64,000 nucleotides of DNA from a virus, in IMG/VR virus record IMGVR_UViG_3300045988_179014, positions 256,001-320,000 of that record. The stretch is one strand, 5' to 3'. Shown piece by piece: positions 41,550 through 51,014 of the stretch. The notes beneath the pieces are model-generated. The model searched no databases. It had not been told where the DNA came from and saw only the letters and a list, made by a program, of their open reading frames with translations. How positions within the stretch are numbered: position 1 is the first letter of the stretch; each line of letters starts with the position of its first letter. Made by a program: the position numbers and the translations under genes.

Positions 41550-41692
41550 CGTACCCAGACGTGTTTTGAGTTTAATTTTCTCGTTTCCTGATGCAAGTAT
41601 CACGAAGAAGCATTTCGCGTAAAACTTCTTAAAAATATGAAAAACGTCCCCGAATCGGCTTGGTAGAATCTAGCCTATTCAAGGGACGTTAC
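41550..41692 (-). repeat. copy C of the ~144-bp intergenic repeat family
   Basis: Aligned to copies A and B. Its stem carries compensatory changes relative to copy A (aacgCc/gGcgtt versus aacgTc/gAcgtt). Confidence 0.6.
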
Positions 41693-41835
41693 AGAAAGAG
41701 ATTTGCAGCACAATTTGACGTACCAAAATCCAACAATATTCAGGCCATAGTAATAGATTCTGACTCTAACATCTCAGAAGAGTATTCTTCATCTGTGTTG
41801 GTACGCAAGAATAGCCTCCACATGATAAATGGTTG

Positions 41836-42507
41836 TCATTGAAACCCCCAAAAGTGCTTCATGGTATCCAACTCAGCTCTGGAGATACCATACCGATAAT
41901 CTGGCTTCACCAACAACACATTCTCCCTAATAAAGGTGTTCTTCAAAGAATCATCAGTCTGAACCAAGGCAACATCCAATGCCTCATCATCAGCCCATAT
42001 TGCTTTGGCTGTGGGGCACAAATCAGACACCCCATAAAATGCATCATGAAAAGCTGTTCGTTTTTTCGCATGGTGCCAATCACGATTATCCTCACCCCAT
42101 GGAAGATAATACGCCTCATTGTGGAAACACAAACCCATACGTTGCATAACAGCACCCATATGCTCACGCCAAGTGGTCAACCACACCACCAACGTATCAG
42201 CAGTAGACGCCATATCATTGACAGCAGACACCAGCTCTGCGGACCAAGCCAACTCATACGTTTTGGGCTCGTAATCCTCCCAATACCTTGCCTTCTTAAC
42301 ATAATACGGGTTTGGGTGTCGCTCATGATACGTTGGATTGAAGTACTGCTTTTTGAAAGTACCACGAGCGCTTGAATTGAACACCCCATCATAGTCCAAC
42401 ACCAAAAATCGCGTTATCCCGTTTTGCAACAATGACTGAACAGGAGGTAACGGGGTCAAAGTGTGTTTTCCCATGAGTGTCCTCCCTACGATGTCAGCAA
42501 TAATCAA
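41836..42507 (-). CDS. HAD-like hydrolase (DxDGV motif)
   Basis: 'RFLVLDYDGVFNS' is HAD motif I. 'LVVWLTTWRE' (motif II-like Thr) and 'IWADDE' (motif IV-like DD). Confidence 0.45.
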   Translation of the reverse strand: MIIADIVGRTLMGKHTLTPLPPVQSLLQNGITRFLVLDYDGVFNSSARGTFKKQYFNPTYHERHPNPYYVKKARYWEDYEPKTYELAWSAELVSAVNDMASTADTLVVWLTTWREHMGAVMQRMGLCFHNEAYYLPWGEDNRDWHHAKKRTAFHDAFYGVSDLCPTAKAIWADDEALDVALVQTDDSLKNTFIRENVLLVKPDYRYGISRAELDTMKHFWGFQ

Positions 42508-42693
42508 TCATCCATTATAGCAGAACAACAACCAATCCACCATAGATTACAACCAACAAACAGAACACCAAACAAACAAAAGCTCAACTGATTCTTGATG
42601 TTTCTCAATCGTTGGGAAACCATGCCCCCTCAGTTTAAGAATCTGTAAGGAATATGTCCATTGAATAACATGTGTTTCAATGATTTCAGAGTT

Positions 42694-43278
42694 TTAGTTG
42701 TTGGCGCCAAAACGACGATTGAACTCATCAGGCGTCACATCCCAGAATTGAGAACCATCATGATTGAATTCCACCACAACTGCCGCAAAAGCAGTCAACC
42801 CATTCAGTCTAGCAGCTGCAAACCTATGGTTCCCATCAACAATATGTGGTATGTCATCCACAATAGCCACCAACGGGAAGCTCTCATGCGTATCTTTGAG
42901 TGTTTGCCGGAACAATGAACCAGCAAACGGATTCTTCTGTTGACGGTATTTTTCCAAGATATCCGGACAGATGAGTTTCTGGAGAGTAGTTAATGGCGCG
43001 CTCAAATCATACCCAGGGACAACATCCTGAGCGTCATATTCCTCCAACAAGTCTGCCATTTCGGCAAACCTGTGATACGATGCCCCATCTGGCGACGTTT
43101 CACAATACACACTTGGCAGATTGGGTTGGTGAAAAGGAATTCCAATTGAGTCCGTAGCAATTGTAAACTCAAATTCTTCCGGAACAACTATTCTCTTCAT
43201 CAAGAATAATCCCATCTTCCTGTGTGCGAGTTTTCGATTGGTTGTGTACAGCATACCATCATGAAACCAATAGTTCAA
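42694..43278 (-). CDS. ParB/sulfiredoxin-like nuclease domain protein
   Basis: C-terminal 'VAIVDDIPHIVDGNHRFAAARLNG' matches the ParB-N/Srx 'DGxHR' core. Confidence 0.45.
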   Translation of the reverse strand: MNYWFHDGMLYTTNRKLAHRKMGLFLMKRIVVPEEFEFTIATDSIGIPFHQPNLPSVYCETSPDGASYHRFAEMADLLEEYDAQDVVPGYDLSAPLTTLQKLICPDILEKYRQQKNPFAGSLFRQTLKDTHESFPLVAIVDDIPHIVDGNHRFAAARLNGLTAFAAVVVEFNHDGSQFWDVTPDEFNRRFGANN

Positions 43279-43492
43279 AACGCAACAACATCAGAGAACT
43301 CAAACAAAAACGTTCACAAAACCGTATCCAATACAAAAATGTCTCAATACGGTGTCAAAAAACCAACAATGTTTATTTTGAGGGTTTGTATCTGGTTTTA
43401 TTTCTCATGATTACAAACAACCATTGAAGAAAAACCCAATACCAATGGAAACAATTTATTGATTGATGGAAAACATGCCCAATACAAAAGTA

Positions 43493-45358
43493 TCAACGTG
43501 GGGAAGTTTTGATAATAGCCAGCAAAAACTGTAATAAACCCACAACCAGCATAACACTCAACACTAAAAGAAGTATTGGTCCATAAATGATAGGGATAGG
43601 AACAAAACTCAACACTGTCTTACCTGGAGCTTCTTCTTTCTTCAAATGAGACAGGTTGGTATGTTTCGCTGTTTTTGCCCGGTCATGTAATCCTGAAATC
43701 GCCAACACCATAGAGGCCAATGCGCCGGTTCCTGCACCAATCAATCCCCAAAAAACAAAAATCAGGTTTTGATACATGGGTTGTATGTACGGGAGCACAA
43801 ATTGTTGACCTATCAAAGGAACTACAACAATCATGGATACAGAAACCATAAACGCTGTAAGCAATCCCAAACCCAAAGCCCACGGAATGGCGATGTTTCT
43901 TGCAGGATGCCACCATGCTCGTGCAAAAGATGGAGTTTCCTCTGCCATACAGTGAAAAGCTAGTTTTGGATTATGTCTTAACAGGACTCGATATGGTGGA
44001 CGTACACCCCATGAACCATCTGCATAATCCAACACCATCTTGCCCTTGATTTTCTTTGGATGTGATGGTGAAGAAGTTTTCGTTGCAGGCTGTGTACGAG
44101 GGGTTATAGGATTGGGAGACGACAACCCAGCCATATTGGGAATTTGTTTAGCAGATTTTGGAGAGCTAGACGAATTAGGAGAGGAAATACGTTGAGGACT
44201 CTGTGAAGGAATATTTGGTAAAGCCCTAGGTGCCGGCCCAATTGATGATTCAGCATCCTGAAACTTCACTGAAGGTAGCTTCTTCTGGTCCGGTATTTTT
44301 GTTTTAGGCACTTCACGGGACCATGGGTCAAGATTACCAGCATCTTTGTGAACACACCAAGCACACTGTTTGTCTTTACTGTCAAACCAGTGCTGAGAAA
44401 CTTTTGAACATTGAACCAACCTGGACAATACGTCATCCAGTAAAGAAATAAAGGTTTCAAGAGATGGCCGTTTTGTCGGGTCAGCTTGCAATGCTTTTAC
44501 CATAGGGGTGTGAAGTATTGACGGGATAGCTCGTGTGGGTATACGAGGTACTGGTCGGAAATGCCGAGCTGACGAAGGATTCAAACCAGGAAGAATTGAT
44601 TGACGAATTTTCTCAACCATAGAGGGGGGTTCGTTTTTCTCATCTGTAAAAATACCATCAGTGGGATGTGCACCACCAGTCAACATCTGAAACATGGCAA
44701 CAACATATGCAAACGTGTCAGATGCTATGGTTCGTCGCTGGTCTTTGAGAGACCCATGTGTCAATTCTGCTGCTGTGTATTCCGGCTTACCGACCATACA
44801 CGGAAATACACGTCCATCTTTTGCAACAATCTGAGCTGAATCGGTATCAACAATGAAAACACTGGCATCGGTTCCCACGAAAATGTTGGATTCATTGACA
44901 TCACCAACACAATGCCCTGCTGTGTGAATGGCGTGTATTGCTACTGCCAGGTTACGGCTTGCGGTCAAAGCATACTGAACATCAAAACCACTGGCAGTTC
45001 CTCTACGGTCGCGTGTATTGGACAATTCAGCCCATGAACGATAGTTCGATGAATCCAGTTTTACCATGAGATAGCCTTGAAACTTCCCATGCTCCGCCAA
45101 CAATGCCAACGGCCATGCCACAGAGTTCGAATCTGGGGGCATTGTTACCATGGCCACCAATTTTTGGGTTCTATCGCCTTCAGCAGGATTGTGATAGATT
45201 TTGGCAACCAACATGGACGCGTCAGGAAGACCATCAAGTGAATGTGATTCAACATTGTAGACAGAACCTTCTCCACCTTTACCCAACGGTTCATCAGAAA
45301 TAACCACTGAACCTTTATTTGTTGGGGTACGGCCTAGGAGTTTTCTACTCACATCCAT
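43493..45358 (-). CDS. Ser/Thr protein kinase (eukaryotic-like) with Pro-rich linker and C-terminal multi-TM anchor
   Basis: Gly-loop 'LGKGGEGSVYNV', Lys 'LVAKIY', catalytic loop 'HCVGDVNESNIFV', 'IVDTDSAQ' (DFG-position) and 'GKPEYTAAE' (APE). Then a PxxP-rich segment and about 4 predicted TM helices. Confidence 0.7.
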   Translation of the reverse strand: MDVSRKLLGRTPTNKGSVVISDEPLGKGGEGSVYNVESHSLDGLPDASMLVAKIYHNPAEGDRTQKLVAMVTMPPDSNSVAWPLALLAEHGKFQGYLMVKLDSSNYRSWAELSNTRDRRGTASGFDVQYALTASRNLAVAIHAIHTAGHCVGDVNESNIFVGTDASVFIVDTDSAQIVAKDGRVFPCMVGKPEYTAAELTHGSLKDQRRTIASDTFAYVVAMFQMLTGGAHPTDGIFTDEKNEPPSMVEKIRQSILPGLNPSSARHFRPVPRIPTRAIPSILHTPMVKALQADPTKRPSLETFISLLDDVLSRLVQCSKVSQHWFDSKDKQCAWCVHKDAGNLDPWSREVPKTKIPDQKKLPSVKFQDAESSIGPAPRALPNIPSQSPQRISSPNSSSSPKSAKQIPNMAGLSSPNPITPRTQPATKTSSPSHPKKIKGKMVLDYADGSWGVRPPYRVLLRHNPKLAFHCMAEETPSFARAWWHPARNIAIPWALGLGLLTAFMVSVSMIVVVPLIGQQFVLPYIQPMYQNLIFVFWGLIGAGTGALASMVLAISGLHDRAKTAKHTNLSHLKKEEAPGKTVLSFVPIPIIYGPILLLVLSVMLVVGLLQFLLAIIKTSPR

Positions 45359-45414
45359 TCCTTCTGGTGTTTGTACATGATTACATCAAATATCATCTAC
45401 TTTATTCACCGAAG

Positions 45415-46332
45415 TTATGCTCCATGTTCTTTCAAAAACTTCATCGGGTCTTGGGAATGGTAAACATCTCCTGGTGTTGTTCCTTTCGGATACCATTCAA
45501 AATGCAAGTGTGGACCAAAACTACGACCGGTATTACCAACAACTCCAAGTCTTTGTCCAGCTACCACTTTATCTCCTGGTTTGACTTCTACATTGTTCAA
45601 ATGGGCGTAAAGGAAAGCGTCCCCGTTTGCGATACGTAGAACCACATTGTTTCCAGCCCATCCGGAACTGATGGATGATTCAATAACACCATCTGAAACT
45701 GCTTGAATTGGTGTTCCAAGTGGCGCTACCAAATCCTGCCCTGTATGATATGACGCCCAGTTGCCTCTAGCACCCCATTGAGCCCCTAAACGATATGAAC
45801 CAGCAGCTAAAGGGAACACTACTCGTGAAACGCTTTCAGAGGTTGTTGCTGCGGGTTCATGTCCCTGTGTAAATGTTTCAGCACGTTTCTGAGCTTCCTC
45901 GGTTTTACGTGCTTCTTCTGCTTTCTCTTCAGCTATGCGCTCATTTTCCCGTTTCTGGGCCAACTCTTCGTCCACTTTACGACGTTCCAGCATGTCTTGT
46001 TGTGCACGTTCGATAGAAGCCTGTACAGACAGCTCTTTTTCGCGTTGAGCTACTTGTTGTTTCAATGTTTCTGCTTCCACATCAAAAGACTTATCATGTT
46101 TCTGCATCCATGATTGTTGTACTTGTTGTTGACCCGTGACTGAAGACTGCAAAGCTTCTTCACTGAGGTACGGTTTCGTCGTCCCCTTGATTATGGATGT
46201 ATCTGGAGACAAAGCATTTGCTGGGTAGGAAGGCATGGAAGCTGAACTCATGAACAACGGCAAAGCCCCAAGAAGAACATACCGTAACGTTTTGGGCATC
46301 TTTTTACGATTACTATTACTGTCAATACTCAT
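45415..46332 (-). CDS. secreted M23/LytM-family peptidase with N-terminal signal peptide and coiled-coil
   Basis: Signal peptide 'MPKTLRYVLLGALPLFMSSASMP'. Long KE-rich coiled coil. 'YHTGQDLVAP', 'YAHLNN' and 'GPHLHFEW' are M23 zinc-site motifs. Confidence 0.75.
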   Translation of the reverse strand: MSIDSNSNRKKMPKTLRYVLLGALPLFMSSASMPSYPANALSPDTSIIKGTTKPYLSEEALQSSVTGQQQVQQSWMQKHDKSFDVEAETLKQQVAQREKELSVQASIERAQQDMLERRKVDEELAQKRENERIAEEKAEEARKTEEAQKRAETFTQGHEPAATTSESVSRVVFPLAAGSYRLGAQWGARGNWASYHTGQDLVAPLGTPIQAVSDGVIESSISSGWAGNNVVLRIANGDAFLYAHLNNVEVKPGDKVVAGQRLGVVGNTGRSFGPHLHFEWYPKGTTPGDVYHSQDPMKFLKEHGA

Positions 46333-46365
46333 TTAAACAATTCTTTCAATCAACTCACAAAAAAT

Positions 46366-46396
46366 GTGGAGTCATGTTGATACGGCATGACTCCAC
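46366..46396 (-). terminator. rho-independent terminator/attenuator between the PP2C and M23 peptidase genes
   Basis: Perfect 11-bp stem (GTGGAGTCATG / CATGACTCCAC) with a 9-nt loop, followed on the minus strand by AUUUUUUGUG. Confidence 0.55.
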
Positions 46397-46408
46397 ACTG
46401 AGACGGTG

Positions 46409-47176
46409 CTAGCGATGAGCTATTACCAACGTTGTATCATCAACCACTTTCTCTTTATCATCCATATAATCTAGAAATGCTTGCACATCCATGCCATCAT
46501 CTTCCAATGCTCTCTTCACAACAGGATTCCAAAACCCGGGGGAGGGAGCATTTTCAGCTATGGACACATTTTCCAACCCATCAGATGACAATGAAATGGC
46601 AACAATAGGTTCATCACCTGAATAATACAATGGTTGGTAATTGTTGTTTCTACTTGTCAACAATGTGGTCAGATTCGCAAATTCGCCTATTTTATCTGGT
46701 CGAATCAGAGTATGATGATTGTTTGCATATGACACAACCGCAAATGCGTCCCCAACCACTGCTACTGCCCATGTGTCACCACTGATAGCGGCAAGAGCAA
46801 TCGTGCAACCTATTTCTTCATGGTCATCTCGGTCCAACAAGGCATGACGAGCGGCTTCCAAACCTTTTTGTACTGCACCCATTGTATCTATGCCGTCATT
46901 GAGTGCATCCATGGTTTCTGCTACTGATGTGGATGCAGCGATAGAGGCTCCGATATCTGACAATCGCAAGCTCCCAGCACCATCAGCTACCGCAACAACT
47001 GTATGTCCATTTTCCTGCAAACTGGCATATGCATCTTGGTTGTTTTTATTGTTTACTTTGTTATGGGGACCTGTTACAGTACCAGCATTGACAGTTACAT
47101 TCAAGGAAGTCTCCCCTCTGTCGAGTACATCATGGGAGAAAATATCACTCCGAATATGAAAACCAGTCCAAATCAC
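46409..47176 (-). CDS. PP2C-family Ser/Thr protein phosphatase
   Basis: 'NQDAYASL' and 'VVAVADGAGS' PP2C metal-site motifs. Downstream 'DD..TLVI' C-terminal Asp. The start overlaps the last array gene by 32 nt. Confidence 0.7.
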   Translation of the reverse strand: MIWTGFHIRSDIFSHDVLDRGETSLNVTVNAGTVTGPHNKVNNKNNQDAYASLQENGHTVVAVADGAGSLRLSDIGASIAASTSVAETMDALNDGIDTMGAVQKGLEAARHALLDRDDHEEIGCTIALAAISGDTWAVAVVGDAFAVVSYANNHHTLIRPDKIGEFANLTTLLTSRNNNYQPLYYSGDEPIVAISLSSDGLENVSIAENAPSPGFWNPVVKRALEDDGMDVQAFLDYMDDKEKVVDDTTLVIAHR

Positions 47177-48290
47177 TAAGCTCCAATTTCAAAGATAATG
47201 GTAATTCTGGATTGGTTTCAGATAAGGAAACAATGTCTTCTTGCAGTTTGAGAGACTTGCACAATACTTGAACAACTAATTGTGGCGCTCCCTGAATATT
47301 GTTTTCTTCCAAATCTGACATGTGTTGCAACAAATCCTCAAAATCACTACTACCTAACTTGAGATAAAGGTAAACGAACGGACTAAGAGGGTTGTATCTA
47401 CCATAGAAGACGGGAAGAGCCAATTGAGTTCTAGCTGTTATGGTATTGAAGTCATTGGTTTCTTCATATGTCATGGCACCTGATAAATACGTCGGGTGAG
47501 GTTTTGGTGCACGATACTCATAGAAACCCATCATACAAGCTTTTTCACTGAAGTCGATAAGGAAATTTTGCCGTACTCGCGCTAAATGGAGTTTGGTATA
47601 GCGGTTATCCCATATATACCAGTTTGACTCCATTATTGCTTTGACTTGTTCCAGAGAATATGACAACATTTCTCGTTGTTCTTCAGGAGACAAATACAAG
47701 AACATGGGAACAATTACACCCAGATAAATTTTTAAATCTGGATATGCTTTTGTCAGTAAGTATAAATTTTCAAGTGAGTACGGATTAGCTCGGTGTTGAC
47801 AGGACTGGTTGTTGAAATATGGCATGTACCCGTCAAAATCAATTTGGGCTATGAATGGGTTTCTTAAATTATAGCGACTCTGCTGATGTCGCAAAAATGA
47901 CCATTCAGTCAGGTGCTCTGATACATAGAAACCATGTTGCCATAGAATCAAAAGTTGCACCAGATGCCTTAACCGTTCTCGTTGATGTGGATAGTCGCAA
48001 ATCAACGCCAAGACTCGCGAATCCTCATCATCAAGACGTAACTGTGGGTCATGAAAATGAGGGTTGAAATCTTCAGTAATTGGGCTCGTATCTGGATTTT
48101 CTAGCAATGCAAAATCTTCACTCAACGTATTCAATTGTTGAAAGGACAAAGCGTCTTTGCTTATTATCAAACCACGAGTTGACATATCTGGAGTAAAATC
48201 ACATACTTGACCATCTAAGGTAACAATGATTTCTTCAGAAGACAACGCCAACAATTGCTCTTGTGTTATAGGTTTGATTGAATGACTCAT
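47145..48290 (-). CDS. tandem-array paralog 1 (381 aa) of an uncharacterised family
   Basis: Shares the family core: N-terminal 'IIVTLDGQVCDF...GLIIS..LSFQQL', 'HFHDPQLRLDDEDSRVLALICDY', 'ANPYSLENLYLL', 'LHLARV', 'YLYLKLGSSDFEDLL', and C-terminal 'ELPLSLKLELSDLDWFSY'. Confidence 0.7.
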   Translation of the reverse strand: MSHSIKPITQEQLLALSSEEIIVTLDGQVCDFTPDMSTRGLIISKDALSFQQLNTLSEDFALLENPDTSPITEDFNPHFHDPQLRLDDEDSRVLALICDYPHQRERLRHLVQLLILWQHGFYVSEHLTEWSFLRHQQSRYNLRNPFIAQIDFDGYMPYFNNQSCQHRANPYSLENLYLLTKAYPDLKIYLGVIVPMFLYLSPEEQREMLSYSLEQVKAIMESNWYIWDNRYTKLHLARVRQNFLIDFSEKACMMGFYEYRAPKPHPTYLSGAMTYEETNDFNTITARTQLALPVFYGRYNPLSPFVYLYLKLGSSDFEDLLQHMSDLEENNIQGAPQLVVQVLCKSLKLQEDIVSLSETNPELPLSLKLELSDLDWFSYSE

Positions 48291-48355
48291 GTACTTTTCC
48301 TCTATTTAGACCAATCTTTACTGGGTTTCTTCCGAATAATGGTTTTACTCGGTTG

Positions 48356-49528
48356 TCATTTCTTGTAGGAGAACCAATCCAAGTCGCTTAGTTCCAGTTT
48401 CAATGACATTGGCAACTCAGGGTTTTCCTGTGATATGTCAACAATCAATTCTTGCAGTTCAAAAGAATCCAACAGTGTACTAATTACAGATTCTTTCGTC
48501 CCAGAAACCTCATCCTGCTGATTTAACTCATACACGTATCGTATAAAAGCTTCAAAATCAGCACTACCCAATTTAAGGTACAGGTAAATGAACAGTTCTG
48601 GTACTCCACGTTTGCTGGTGAGATACTCAATTGGAAACATCAACGGGAACCGAGATACAATTGAATTGAAATCATTGGCCTCATCAGGTGTCATTGAACC
48701 AGAGTTTTCGGTTTTGACTGATGATGCCCTATATGAGTCTATGAATGAGAAACAAGCTAAGCTACCAGTAGAAATAGGGTACTTGTTCCGTATTCGTTCC
48801 AGATGCAGTTGAACGTAGCGTTCATCATCCAGGTACCAATACGATGTTGCCAATATTTCCATTTGTGCTGGGGTGTAGGACATGATTTCTTCTTGCTCTT
48901 CTTGTGGTAAACACATGAAAAACTGTTCTAGTGTTTTAGGGTGGAAGAAGACATCAGGATACATGTTTCTCATCCTGTACAAGTTTTCCAAGAAGTAAGG
49001 ATTGGCACGATGCTCGCAAGCTAATTCATGGAAACGGGTTATCAAGTTTGCATTAAACATGCGGACCATGGCGAAAGGGGCGAAACCTAAAACACGACTC
49101 TGGTATTTAGCCAACGAATGTTCCGTGACTGCTTCTGATACATAAACACCATGTTGCCAATGAACCATAAGTTGAAGTAAGCGCTCTAACCGTTCTATCT
49201 CAAGTGGATGGCAACAAACTAACTTCAACACCCGTACCTGTTCATCATCAAGACATAGTTGTGGTGTATGAAAATGCTGAAAACTGTTAGCGGGCTTTTT
49301 CAACTTTGACATACTTTGAACAGTTGTCAGGTCGGAACTCAATTTTACCAGTTGTTGAACTGACAAACCATTATTGGGTATTACCAAACCTTGAGTACTC
49401 GTGTCAATACTGGAATCAAAATCCAATATTTGGCCTTCTAGCGTAACCATGATGTATTCACTAGTTTCTGATAACCCCAAGGAATTCTGTTCCTCACAAA
49501 CGCACATGATAGCATTCTTCCAACACAA
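48356..49528 (-). CDS. tandem-array paralog 2 (390 aa)
   Basis: Same motif set; ends '...ELPMSLKLELSDLDWFSYKK'. Confidence 0.7.
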   Translation of the reverse strand: MCWKNAIMCVCEEQNSLGLSETSEYIMVTLEGQILDFDSSIDTSTQGLVIPNNGLSVQQLVKLSSDLTTVQSMSKLKKPANSFQHFHTPQLCLDDEQVRVLKLVCCHPLEIERLERLLQLMVHWQHGVYVSEAVTEHSLAKYQSRVLGFAPFAMVRMFNANLITRFHELACEHRANPYFLENLYRMRNMYPDVFFHPKTLEQFFMCLPQEEQEEIMSYTPAQMEILATSYWYLDDERYVQLHLERIRNKYPISTGSLACFSFIDSYRASSVKTENSGSMTPDEANDFNSIVSRFPLMFPIEYLTSKRGVPELFIYLYLKLGSADFEAFIRYVYELNQQDEVSGTKESVISTLLDSFELQELIVDISQENPELPMSLKLELSDLDWFSYKK

Positions 49529-49549
49529 ATCCAGTTTTCAAAACAACCC

Positions 49550-50704
49550 TTAATAGGATTGCACTCGTCTCAAATAGTCACCCAAATCAAACAACTCCAA
49601 TTTCAGAGATAGTGGCAGTTCTGCGTCATGGTTGGATATAGCAATAATCTCATCCTGCAATTCGAGAGAATCAGCTATAATATTTAGTGTATGCCCCTTT
49701 CTCTCGAAGAATGTTGCCATATCCTGTTTTTGCATATACTGCAACAAGTCCTCGAAGGCACTACTACCCAACTTGAGGTAAAGATACATCAGCAGGTGTA
49801 CGATATGTTCGTACAAGAAATCATCGTATTCCAAGTTTTCTATGATTCTTTGAAAATCTTTTGCCTCCTCAATGGTCATCGCATAGGATGTACGTATTCT
49901 TCTATGCGGCATTGAGGTCTCAAACGTGAATAGAATCAGTGGTAGATTCTTTCTCACGCGTTCCAAATGCAATTGCAGATATCGTGTGTTATCAGCGCAC
50001 CAATCCGAATCCATCATTGCCCGCACCTGATTCTCGGTATGAGAATGAACTAGCTCTTCCTGCTCCTCTTTTGAAAGATGCATAAACACATCCACCATAT
50101 TGCGAGGAGGGAATCTGATATCAGGATACTTTTCCACCAATGAATACAAATTCTTCAATGAATGTGGGTCAGGAGAATGACTGTCAATCCATATATTGAA
50201 CCAACACAAAAACCCATATCCGCAATCAGCCCTATCTATTTTCACCATGAACGGACTGACTTGATAGGAGTCATAGTGTTCATGAAAACTTGCCAACGAT
50301 TTGTTCAGCATCTTCTTAGACACATGTATGCCATGCTGCCTAAGGATAATAAACTGTTCCAAATGAGGCAATCGTTCTTTTTGAGGGGAATGGTCACAAA
50401 TCAATCTCAGGACTTTTGCATCTTTCCCCTCAAAATGCAACAATGGCGCGTGAAAGTGAAGCGCCTCCAGATACGATGATTCCCTAGCCCGAGCAATACG
50501 CTTTCTTATCCATTTGATGTCTTTGCTCAGTTTTTCTATCCTTTTTGATGAGAACATATTGCATGGAACTACTAATCCCACATCCTTTACATGTGCTGAC
50601 TCGAATTTACAAACATCTCCATCCAAAGTAATGAGGACTTTTTGAGAATTGGACTTTTCCATCATGACAGCACTCCTCTTGGGCGTCCTTTCTATGCGTT
50701 CCAA
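49550..50704 (-). CDS. tandem-array paralog 3 (384 aa)
   Basis: Same motif set: 'LICDHS', 'LHLERVRKNLPL', 'YLYLKLGSSAFEDLL', and C-terminal 'ELPLSLKLELFDLGDY'. Confidence 0.7.
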   Translation of the reverse strand: MERIERTPKRSAVMMEKSNSQKVLITLDGDVCKFESAHVKDVGLVVPCNMFSSKRIEKLSKDIKWIRKRIARARESSYLEALHFHAPLLHFEGKDAKVLRLICDHSPQKERLPHLEQFIILRQHGIHVSKKMLNKSLASFHEHYDSYQVSPFMVKIDRADCGYGFLCWFNIWIDSHSPDPHSLKNLYSLVEKYPDIRFPPRNMVDVFMHLSKEEQEELVHSHTENQVRAMMDSDWCADNTRYLQLHLERVRKNLPLILFTFETSMPHRRIRTSYAMTIEEAKDFQRIIENLEYDDFLYEHIVHLLMYLYLKLGSSAFEDLLQYMQKQDMATFFERKGHTLNIIADSLELQDEIIAISNHDAELPLSLKLELFDLGDYLRRVQSY

Positions 50705-50812
50705 TACAAATTTATTGGGGTTCTATACATAGAGAATACCAGCCAAGACCATTAAGTTCAAGCTTCAGTAGCATAAACACTGTAGAGCCAACCTTGATGC
50801 TGTACCAATCTT

Positions 50813-50840
50813 GTCCTGTAATTTTGGTTTTTTACAGGAC
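50813..50840 (-). promoter_or_regulatory. 9-bp perfect inverted repeat (GTCCTGTAA-N10-TTACAGGAC) in the 310-bp gap between array paralogs 4 and 3
   Basis: Read from the sequence. The flanks are not strongly U-rich, so its function is unresolved. Confidence 0.3.
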
Positions 50841-51014
50841 ACGCAGAAACGCTAATTTCGGATGTCCAAATTTTAGCACTTTGAGTGAAATTCGATGATG
50901 AGCATTTTTCTCCATACGCTCTCGAACTGATTTTCCTGTTTTTAAGGACTTTAATCAGTTTTGTCTTATTATCCTTGACGGGAAAACCATGCAGAAACAC
51001 TAATCCTGAAACTT

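Noticed and set aside
50758-51000. 80-aa ORF in the gap between array paralogs 4 and 3
   Set aside because: It lies in the only long intergenic spacer of the array and has no family motifs. More likely non-coding promoter/terminator sequence (it contains the 50813-50840 hairpin).
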